Positions 9,813-20,200 of a DNA stretch of 64,000 nt are shown here, one piece after another (the stretch's first letter is position 1; each line of letters starts with the position of its first letter). The position numbers and the translations under genes are program-made. The stretch comes from a virus (Duplodnaviria; Heunggongvirae; Uroviricota; Caudoviricetes): the IMG/VR virus record IMGVR_UViG_2910903598_000005, positions 5,058 through 69,057 of that record. One strand, 5' to 3'. The notes under the pieces were generated by a model. The model worked only from the letters and a program-made list of their open reading frames with translations, made no database searches and was not told the DNA's origin.

Positions 9813-12800
9813 TCAGATTTCTACTGAGCATTTAATTTTTTGATTTTGTTTATCTTTTAATGAAACTGTTAACCTTGCACCAGTTCCAATTTGCTTCCAT
9901 TCTGTTGATCCGCTTGATTGCTTGTACCAAACGTAGCTTTTGGCAGTAACTTCCTTACTTCCTTTCAGAACTTTGCAAGTACAAATTGTTTCCGTATAAA
10001 CAGTATTGTTGTACTCAAAAGTAGTTCCGTTGCTACTATTTGCGACAACAGTGTAAGCAGAAGCTCCATCTGTAACTTTATATAAAGTCATAACATCATA
10101 TTTAGATGTATCAGTACATTCCACTTTGACAACCACTGTTTTTCTATTTGCCATATAAGAACTTGGGATTGTAATTTGCGTTTTGTCTGAAGAAATGTAA
10201 GAAGTGTTTTCAGTTCCATCAACATACCATTTGCTGATTTCTGCACCATTATTTACCGTTGCGGTTAGAGCAATAGAAGTAGGAGAAATACCTGTATCGG
10301 TTTCGGTAAAGACTTGTTGTCCTGTAAGAGATACTGAGTCGATTGCAGTGTTAAGATTCGCAATATCTTGCGTTAGTTGGTCTAAACTATTATTAACAGA
10401 TGTCATAGTTTCCGTATACTCTACTCCCCATAAACCTCCTTTGCCATCATAAATCTGTGTAATATCAACTCCGCCTTGTGCGTTCGCTTCAACGATAGGA
10501 AAATTCAGCTTATCTTTTGAAACAGACTTATCTCCAAGCATATTATTCACAATCAATCCATCAGCAATCGCATCCTTAGTGATACCTTGACTTGTCATAA
10601 CTGTTACGCCTTTATTGTCTTTGATGATAATGCTTGGATTCTTGTTCGTATCATAACCAATTTGGATTCCAACATTGCCTTCAGTATCTAAAAACTGCAT
10701 AGCTGAGCCGTTCATGATAAAGTTGCCATTCTCCGATAAGATACGCATTGTATCAGAGATTGTAATATCGCCTGCGGCTAAGTCTCCAATTGTCATTTTC
10801 CCTGCGATACCGTTTATGATCCATGCAGAGTCAAACTTAGCATTTGCTGAGGAAAGGTTAAATACGATACCTGTTTCTGTTGAAGAAGTGCCAATGATTG
10901 CAGAGTTAATATTGGCAACGTCTGTATTTAACTTTTTAATATCAGCCGAATTAGCAGCAATATATTCTGAGTTAATATATTTGCTAAACAACTCATTAAA
11001 CTCAGCCTTATCACCTGTGATGTTCCCGACATTAATTACTTTATAACTCAAGTAATCGCCAAATAATTTATTGATCGTTCCTTGATCGCTTAATACATTT
11101 TGTACGCTATTGTTCACTGCATTTCCAAACAAAGAACTATTCGTCATTCTCTGAAGCATATTAGTCATATACTCAACAGAATCTTTGGAATCGCCTGTTC
11201 CGACAGAAATACTATTTTTCTGCGAAGCAGCAGTATCATCAAATAGATAAGAAAAATCATCTCTACCTGTTAGACTCGTGATCATGTTGGTATACGTCAC
11301 ACTAATTTCCGAACTTTTTGTGCAAGGATTGTATGCAATTGTCAATAATCTTAACTTAACTGCATAATCATCACGCACACCAACTCGAATAAAGTTACCA
11401 ACCGTAAACTGATTATGCCAACCTTGTTTATTATCTGAATTTACGTCTGCATATTCATTTAATGAAAGAATGTTATCGAGAGAAGTTTCAATCTGATATT
11501 GTGGTTGAGAAGTTTCAGAGATACGTTTTAATCCATCTTGATATAATTCTTCGCAATGCTCGTAAGATGTGATTGCGTCATCAAGAGAAGTAGTAAAGAT
11601 ATTATTGTTTGTATAATCACCCATACGAACAATGTTCATGACAGCAGTATATTCTTTATCTGTCAATCCAAATTGCGTATCATTAAGTTCAGAATGAGTA
11701 TTCATATCTGTCATTACATCGTCATATGGTTTCTTCTTAGTTTCAAGTTCATCGACTTGTGCATTTAACTCTTTTAATTTATATAGAAGTGAACCTTCTG
11801 TATTTTCATCACCAAGCCAATTTTTGTACTTAATAAAATTCTTATGGAATACATTATAGGTTTTTTCATCCTTTACACCAGCCTTACTGATTTCTTCATC
11901 GGTAAGTTGATTCCATTCTTTTTGATATGCAGCAAGAATATCTAAAATCTGTTTTTTGTATTCGTCACGTTTGCCCTCAAGTTCTTTGATTCCATATAAA
12001 TCCCAGTTTGATTCAAATTCATCATTATAATCAATCTTTTTATTATCGGCTAAATGCAAATTTTGAATTGCCACCTTGATATTCGGGATAATATAATCTC
12101 TTAATTCTTGATATGTATAATATCCTTTATTGCTTTCTTTTAGCAAAGCAAGATATTTTTCATGATCAACCTTGCCAGAAGAAGTAGTCCAAGGCTTGTA
12201 AACACGATTCTGAATGTCATCTGGTTTATCCCATTTAGTATAATTTCCGCTTGAATCTTTCTCATAATCATCTCTTGTATCAACACTGACTTGGATTGTA
12301 GTAAGCATTTGCTCATACATTTTAAGAGTTTTCTCAAGAGTTTCTTGATTCATTGTTTTATATTGAGCAATCTGGATTCCATCATTTGGCACACGATAAT
12401 TTATCTCATCAATCTTTGCTTGATATTCCGCAGACTTCTTTCCGTTCTCAATATATTTAGCGTGGTTATCAATTTGCCACTTTTGCCATGTTTTGATCTT
12501 ATCAATAGTTTCTTGAGGAAAATAGTTTGTAGTCAAATAATAATCAAGATTATAAATCTGACTTCGACCATAATTGACTCTCGTAACATCTAACTCTTCA
12601 TCACCTTGAATTGTCAAAGCATTATACATTGTATCTGCCTGCGGAGTCATTTTAAGCATATTAAGTGCGTTACGCCATCCAATGAAGATATTCGTGTCTT
12701 TTCCTATGTTTTCTTTGGCATACGCACTTACCGTTCTATTGATTGTATCGAAATAAAATACGCATTTTACAACATTGGCTACTGTTGTGTTAAGGAACGC

Positions 12801-13376
12801 ATAAGCGTTGGTATTATCTGCCTCAAACGAATATTTTTCGTTCTTTATTGCAGGATCGATATAACCGACACTCCATCCTGGCACTCCTGGAGCTTTTTCT
12901 AATACCAGATGCATCAATGATAATTCATGGTTTCTATCGTTGCAAAACGTGATATATTCTTTCGCATAACCCATATCGTCTACGTTATTTGTAGCCTGCA
13001 TTTCCATAGAGTCTTTTGTACCTTTGTTAAAAGATAAACCTTTCATATCCTTATCTTCAAAAGTTTTCTCATCAGAATATGCTTCACATGCCTTGTATTC
13101 GTATCTACCATTATCATTTTGCAAAGAAGGTTCTTGAAGCTGAAAATAGTCAAGTCCTTCAAGATAAATTGTCATGTGGTCTTTTAATTTCTCATAGCCA
13201 GCAGATTCAATGTATTCGCCATCAACATCTATATATCTGTCTACATTAAATGTAAGATGGTTAAAATCTTTTAATTGCTGTTCATATTCAACGCTTTTAA
13301 TCTGTACTCCATTTAAAGCGCAAATAACAGTTCTGTCAGGACGACATAAATAAATTTTTGCATTGTGTTTAATCAT
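9813..13376 (-). CDS. Baseplate hub/Tal-like tail protein
   Basis: 1187 aa between Dit and the tail fibre; coiled-coil middle region; synteny with siphophage tail tips. Confidence 0.7.
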   Translation of the reverse strand: MIKHNAKIYLCRPDRTVICALNGVQIKSVEYEQQLKDFNHLTFNVDRYIDVDGEYIESAGYEKLKDHMTIYLEGLDYFQLQEPSLQNDNGRYEYKACEAYSDEKTFEDKDMKGLSFNKGTKDSMEMQATNNVDDMGYAKEYITFCNDRNHELSLMHLVLEKAPGVPGWSVGYIDPAIKNEKYSFEADNTNAYAFLNTTVANVVKCVFYFDTINRTVSAYAKENIGKDTNIFIGWRNALNMLKMTPQADTMYNALTIQGDEELDVTRVNYGRSQIYNLDYYLTTNYFPQETIDKIKTWQKWQIDNHAKYIENGKKSAEYQAKIDEINYRVPNDGIQIAQYKTMNQETLEKTLKMYEQMLTTIQVSVDTRDDYEKDSSGNYTKWDKPDDIQNRVYKPWTTSSGKVDHEKYLALLKESNKGYYTYQELRDYIIPNIKVAIQNLHLADNKKIDYNDEFESNWDLYGIKELEGKRDEYKKQILDILAAYQKEWNQLTDEEISKAGVKDEKTYNVFHKNFIKYKNWLGDENTEGSLLYKLKELNAQVDELETKKKPYDDVMTDMNTHSELNDTQFGLTDKEYTAVMNIVRMGDYTNNNIFTTSLDDAITSYEHCEELYQDGLKRISETSQPQYQIETSLDNILSLNEYADVNSDNKQGWHNQFTVGNFIRVGVRDDYAVKLRLLTIAYNPCTKSSEISVTYTNMITSLTGRDDFSYLFDDTAASQKNSISVGTGDSKDSVEYMTNMLQRMTNSSLFGNAVNNSVQNVLSDQGTINKLFGDYLSYKVINVGNITGDKAEFNELFSKYINSEYIAANSADIKKLNTDVANINSAIIGTSSTETGIVFNLSSANAKFDSAWIINGIAGKMTIGDLAAGDITISDTMRILSENGNFIMNGSAMQFLDTEGNVGIQIGYDTNKNPSIIIKDNKGVTVMTSQGITKDAIADGLIVNNMLGDKSVSKDKLNFPIVEANAQGGVDITQIYDGKGGLWGVEYTETMTSVNNSLDQLTQDIANLNTAIDSVSLTGQQVFTETDTGISPTSIALTATVNNGAEISKWYVDGTENTSYISSDKTQITIPSSYMANRKTVVVKVECTDTSKYDVMTLYKVTDGASAYTVVANSSNGTTFEYNNTVYTETICTCKVLKGSKEVTAKSYVWYKQSSGSTEWKQIGTGARLTVSLKDKQNQKIKCSVEI

Positions 13377-14188
13377 AACAGATCACCGATCCGTTTCTGT
13401 GGCACATCAAACTCAATTTTATAAGTACACGCACCTGTAATACTTACAACATTGTATCCATCATGAAGTTTAATCCATGAAATATTTCCAACATCAGCCC
13501 ATCCAATATCTTCAAAATTAGTTAGTCCCGTTACTGTACCGTCTGTCACCATGCAATGCTTACAATCAATACACACTGGTAAAGTAGGTCTGCACAGTAC
13601 CGACATAGAGTTTTCATCACGCACTTCGATTGTTACCGTTTGACTTGTTTGGGAAGTGATCGTTACCTTTGGATAAATCTCATACTCCGTATCGTCACTA
13701 TCTACAAAAATGTTTGTTGAGAATTTATTACTTGTTGCAACTTCGCCAGAAATCTCATAGTGTTTCCATATAAATGGGGTGTCACAAACGAAACTGCATT
13801 GAACCGCATCAAGCTGACCAAGTTTGCATGTGATCATTTTCCATCCGATGTTCTGGAAGATCCCCTTGTAAATTACAGTTTCTTTATCATCTGCAATTCC
13901 TGTCAATGGTTTTACAAGAGTAGGAGAAGTCAGCCACTTATTGATTTTTCTCTGCTCTGAATTTGTGAACCCATGTCCGTTTTCTTTTACGAGGTAAAAT
14001 TCATATGTGCTCTCATCAGAATACATTGCACCATAATGATTTGTCTCCTGACGTAACATTGTTTTTTCACCTTTAACAATCTCTCGTGAAAATCCTGTGA
14101 TGTCATTTGTCACATCAAACTGTACGACCATCAGTGGCGTATCTAAGATTGTTTTTGTAGATTGTCCATTATATTCAAATGACAACAT
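13373..14188 (-). CDS. Distal tail protein (Dit)
   Basis: Likely start ATG 14188 (AAAGGAG SD, MLSFEYNG...); follows the TMP gene; WLTSP and CDTPF motifs. Confidence 0.75.
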   Translation of the reverse strand: MLSFEYNGQSTKTILDTPLMVVQFDVTNDITGFSREIVKGEKTMLRQETNHYGAMYSDESTYEFYLVKENGHGFTNSEQRKINKWLTSPTLVKPLTGIADDKETVIYKGIFQNIGWKMITCKLGQLDAVQCSFVCDTPFIWKHYEISGEVATSNKFSTNIFVDSDDTEYEIYPKVTITSQTSQTVTIEVRDENSMSVLCRPTLPVCIDCKHCMVTDGTVTGLTNFEDIGWADVGNISWIKLHDGYNVVSITGACTYKIEFDVPQKRIGDLL

Positions 14189-14290
14189 ATATGTATCTCC
14201 TTTCTGTATAAATTTTTGCACAAAAAATAACAGGCAGGAGTGCGTATTTCTACGCACTGCTCAACCTGTTTCTTCCTTATTATATAAGGT

Positions 14291-17200
14291 TTAAACTGGA
14301 CGTTTGCGACCAAGTGTTTTTGCAACATCACGAGCAACTTGCTGAGAAGTATACTTATATGATTCTTTAATGATTCTTTGTAATTCTTCATCAGATACTC
14401 CGTTAGGAATATTAAGATTTCCAATAGCTTCACCAAAGTTAATTGCAATTTCCGTTGTTCCAATTCCATCCATAGTCATTCCGTTCAGTGTATGTCCATT
14501 TGCTAAGGCATTTAATACCTTATCTTGTCTTACTTTGTTTGCCAGATTAACAACATCGACAGTAGCAACTTCCTCACCTACTGCGAGAGAAGCGAGACCA
14601 TCATCTCCGTTCTTATGCACAGATTTAACTAATCCACCTTGTGCATAGCCTGTGACATTGCTATCTGTCAGTCCAAGATCGCTTGGTTTGACACCATAAT
14701 GTCCCAAGATGGTAGTAATCGTACTATCAATTTTTGCACCCTCTGAACTGATTGTTCCAGATAAAGATGTAAACGTCTCTTCAATCTTATCAACAGAAGA
14801 AGATAACTCTTTACAGTATTTCTCATAATCATCATTCAGCTGTGTGCTTAACTTGTCAAGTCCGTCAATCTGAAGATTATAAATATGATCTTTTACTGTA
14901 TCATCAAGTGCATCTTGTTTCTCTTGGAGTTCTGCTTCAAGACGTGCTTTCTTACTCTTCGATGCTGCATCAGCCACCCCATTAAGTGCATTGATCTGTG
15001 ATTTTAGTATCTGAATATCCTTGTTAGAGGATTTTAATTGCTTGTCATATGTATAGTAGTCATGAGAAGTTTTTATAGCTTCTTTATAAGCATCTATAGT
15101 TTTGTTAATCGCATCTAATTTCTGCTTTGCGTTATTTTTCAGAATAGTTGTTACACTATCTTCGGCAGACTTAATACTCTTAACTGCATCCGCAATATCT
15201 TGATCGCTCTTTTGAATTGCGTCAGCCCATTCTGTGTCAGAATATTCATCACGATGCTCAGCCATTTTGGCACGTTCTTGCATTAATTGATTCAATTCTT
15301 CTTTTTCAGATTTGACATTAGCAATATTTGTTGCAATGGCAGCAGTACCATAATCTGTCAGATTTCCGTCATCATCAAACATCGCATCTTCATCGATCAG
15401 AGAAGATATTGTTGTAAGTGAATTTTGTAAATTCTGAGCCGCTTTAATAGCACGTTCAAAACCACGATAATAAATATCGTCACGCATACTATTTTTAAGT
15501 TCTTCGTTAGAAGTTCTTAAGTCATCTGCGCTACCTTTACAAGCGTTGATTTCGTTTTGCATTTGCATCCATTCTTGAGAACCATATTTAATAGAACCAT
15601 CGTTCAATTTGTTATTCAGGTTCTCTTGCATTTTTGCAGCTTCTTCATCAATAATCTGTGCTTGTCTCTCATTAGCATCCATCTGATTCTGATAATCTGA
15701 AGCATCAAGGTCTTGACCTTTTGATTGTTTCAACTTTGCGGCAGAAGAAGCATTGCTACTATTTGTGGCTTCCATATTAGCTTTCGCATCATAATATGCT
15801 TTAATATTAGCCTGAGATTGCACAGCAGCATTTGTCTGTTCAGCAGCCCAATCCGCAGCAGCATCATTTGCATTTTTGTTTGCTGTCGCCAAAGCATTTG
15901 TAGCATCTGCCTCTTTTTGTTTAGCTTGCGCCAATTTATTAGAAGCGTCTTTTGCTTTTTTGACTTGTTCATTATATGCTTTAAGCTGTTTTAATAAAGT
16001 CTTATCTTTGATTCCTTTTAAAGAAACCTCTTTTCCAGACTTAATTGCGTTTTTCTGGGAATTAGATAACTTCTTAGCTTTCTTACCACTAAGAATACTA
16101 TTACCCTTGGTCTTAACTGCACTATCCGCCTTATTCTTATTAGCTTGTGCATTTTCACGTTCTTTCTGATATTTAGCTTGATTCTTACTAGCTTCTCTTA
16201 CAGCAGTCTGACTATTTTCGTACTGTTTCTTCTTATTTTTGACTTGACTGTCCAACACGTCATTCTGATATGTGTAGGCAGGCTGACCTGCATAATTACT
16301 CGCAATTGCTTGAGAATCTTGCACATTTTTCAGATATATCTGTGCATCATATAATGCACTGTTAGCATTTGATAGATTTGCACTTGTCTTAGCAGCGGAG
16401 GATTTTGCAGACTTTGTACTCTTAACCGCTTTATTATAAGCAGTAGCTTTTTTCTTCGCAGACCCTTTGAGTCCCTTAGTAGAGATTGTCTTACCTGCTT
16501 TAATACTCTTGTTAAGAGATGCTTTCTTTTTCTTAGATAATCCAGACTTATTGACTGCTTTTGTAGCAGATTTCGCCTTAGATTTCTGACTCTTTGTCGC
16601 TTTTGAAACCTTCTTTTGTGCTGTTTTATTAGCAGAAGAGGCACGACTCTGAGTAGATTTTGCAGAAGAAACATTAGATTGTGCTTCAGACAACTGATCG
16701 TTTGACGTTTGAACTAATCGTGCAACACCAGACTCTCCTGTAGATGCAGCAGAAGAACGATTAGATAATGTATCATAAGAGTTCTGTAAATTCTCAATTG
16801 CTTTCTGTGCTTTCTCAGTAGGCATATTCAACCATTGATTAAATAAATCACGCTGAGTATTCTTTAACTGTTGGGCAGCAGAATTAGCTTGAAGATACTT
16901 CTCATATAATTCCTGATACTGAGAAACAGCAGAACGCATGTTATCATTTTTGATAGTATTAATATTCATACTACCATTACGCACACGTTCAAAGTATGTT
17001 TGTAATCGTTTCTGATTCTTTTTCTTAGAACTATTCTTTGTCTTAGGAACTGTCTTAATTGCTTTACTTGCAAAAGAACTTGCTTCAGATTTGTATTTGC
17101 TTGCCGCTTGCTGATTGACAGAAACTTCCTTACCAGTTGATTTATATTGATTCCAAAGTGCGCTTTGCTTAACCTCTGGATCCACATAATCATTGATCAT

Positions 17201-20200
17201 ATTAGCAAATTTTTCTGTAGCAGTAGCAGCTCGATCAATCGCAATTGCAATAAAGTCAAATTGTTTACCCATATTATCAAGTAATGTGGCAAATTTTGAC
17301 TTTTTCTTTGTACTCTTATCTGTAGCTTTGCTGTCTTTCTTCTTAGAGTCCGTATTCTTTTTCGTTGCTTCTGTATTCTTTTTAGTAGATTCCGTATGCT
17401 TTTTGGTAGAAGAAGAACCAGATTTCTCAGCGATACCACCACGCCAGCCACCAGAAGCTGTCGCAGACTGACCAGAAGAAAGAGCTTTGAAAGATGTTCC
17501 GTGAGCAAATGCAGACATTCCGCCTTGTACTTTTGCACGAGTAGAAGTGTGTCCATTTGCTAAAAGATCAGCTGTCTGTTGATGATTAAAGACAATATCT
17601 CCAGAATGGATATCTGCAAATTCGGGACCCGTTGTACCAAGCAAAAACATTCTTTGGGAATTCTTAGGAATAATAGCTTCTACACCCAATTCTCCAACAA
17701 GTGTTTTTCCTGAAGTTTTGGCACCAATATTTCCGCCTGCGAGTGCATTTGCTGTGCCTTTTGCATAAGCGGTTGACCATGCCATTGATCCACGAGCAAA
17801 TGTACCATAAGCTTTATCTGGTTTGCCACTTTGGCTATAATTTACAGATACATTAACAGATTTATCATGTAAGCCATTGATCGCTGATTTTGCAGCTTCA
17901 ACATCATGTAATCCACTTGTATTGATGGTAACTTTTGGAGCCGGATGCATCTTACCTAATGCATTCAACTTTCCTTTAATGCTACTGATTTTATGTGAAG
18001 CATTGTCTTTTACTTTGACGGTAATGTTCTTGTTTTTCAGTTTCTTTAAAGCACTAGCAATCTTCTTAATGACAGAAGAGGCGTTGCCTTTTGCTTTAAT
18101 AGAAACGCTCTTAGATTTTAATTTCTTAAGAGATTTAGAAATAGAAGAAATTGTTTTCTTTGCATTTCCTTTAGCCTTAATAGAAATGCTTTTGGATTTC
18201 ATGCTAGATAAAGATTTCTTGATAGAGTCAATGGTCTTTTTAGCATTACCTTTAGCATTTACTTTAACATCTGACTTAGATGACTGCTTTTTACTAGCAT
18301 TTTGACTAGCAGAAGCAGAAGACTTTGAACCACCAAATAATCCTTTTATGCCACCTGTAATGCTTGACCAAATGCCTTTTGCACCAGATGTAAACTTGTC
18401 ATATTTAGTGTTATCAGTCTGCCAATTCTGTGCTCCAGACTTAACCTGTGGTTTCTGATATGTAGTAGAATTCTGTTTTGTTTGAGCACTCTTAAATACT
18501 CCATTTAAATTAGAAGGAATACTTTTAACAAAGTTAGTTAGAGATTGAACTTTCTTTGTCTGTTCGCCAGTATTTTCTTCAGATTTTTTCGTCGTATTAT
18601 TTTTGAACTCTTTTGTCTGGCGCTCTTTGAAGAAACTATTGATCTTGTCTAAAATGGAAGGAGATTTATTCTCTTTACCAGAAGTTTCTGTCTTGGTCTC
18701 TGTGTTAGGCTTCTCATTCTTAGAAGAAGTGCTGTCTTTCGATCCAGATTCAGACTTTTTACCCTTGGTATCAGACTCATTTTTCTTAGGTTTAGTATCT
18801 GGTAATTTACCGTCAGCCCAAGTAACCTTAATCTCATTGCCTTTATGTGCTTTGTTATAAGCGTCAATGATGGTTTTAACATCTTGGTTATCTTTACTTG
18901 CAGTAACATTTCCGCTCTTATCGACTGTTGCGCCATTACGTTTTAACTCTTTTTGGACATCGTTCTTGTCTTTAAACTTCGTTTTAACGTAATATTTATT
19001 GTCTGTTGCACCAGCAGTAATAAGATCCTGACGGGCTTGAACGGCTTTAAGATATGCTTCCATATCTTTCTTCGAACCAGTTTTATCTGCTTGCTGTAAT
19101 GCGGCTTGAACTGCATTTTCTTTTTTCTCATACTCAGCTTCGTATTTTTGATTTAGTTCACGACCATTTTGACCTAACACAGAATCTTGAGCTTTTGTTG
19201 CCTTGTCTGTAGCAGAAGATCCTTCATCGAAAATTTTACTACGTTCTTTCTTTGCATCTTTGGATGTACCCCAGCTATCACCTCTGTCTTTGAGTTTTTG
19301 TTTATACTCATCAACAGAGTTCGTTAAAGCCGTTTCTGCTTCAGATGCATTAAGTTTTATGGTAAGTGTTTGCTCGAATCCTTCTGGTAGTTCTTTTTCA
19401 TTTCTGCGCAAATCTTCAAGTTGTTGTTTGTATTTTTCGATTTCCTTACCTTGAGAATCTCCTAATGATCCACCATTTTTCTGCCAAGCCTGTGACCATT
19501 CATTCAGTTTTTCACTAGCACTATCCCATTGCTCTGTAAGAGAATCAAACTGCACATCCCAACCGTATGTTTTAAGATTATTCAAGATGGATTCAAATGG
19601 AGTGATACCCATTCCCATCTTTTTAGCCGCCTTACCAACATTGTCAATTTTAACTTTATAATCGCCAGTTTTTGCATTGAGTTTAGCCATAGCTTCACCA
19701 GAAGCATTTGTCATGTTCTGTAACTGACTTACAAACGCTTTAGGACCTGAATCGTCAGAAGTAAAATACTTCATGATATGATCATAGTTTTCTTTGAAAT
19801 TCTTATCATCCGTCTTTCCAGTAGGAGAGATAAGACCTGCCATTTGCTTAAATTGGTCGGTTCCAACTTTACCTTTATCCCATTCGTCTTTGGCGCTCTT
19901 TAATCCAGACACAAAAGTATTGTAATTTGCATCATCGTCAGCAGATTTTGTAGCTCGAGTATACGTGTCAAGAGTATAAGATAATCCACTATCTTTGTAT
20001 TTCGCAACATTATCAAGACGCTGTTTTAGCTGTTCAAGAGAACCTGTAAAGATTTCATTCTTATCGGTAATTAAGTCATAGGCTTCAGACAACTGATCGA
20101 GGCTAAGGTTTTCAAAATATCCTTTACCGAATATTTTGTCAAAGTCAACAGAAGAATTAAGCTGTTTACCTAATTTCTCATATTTACCGCCTTGTTCGGT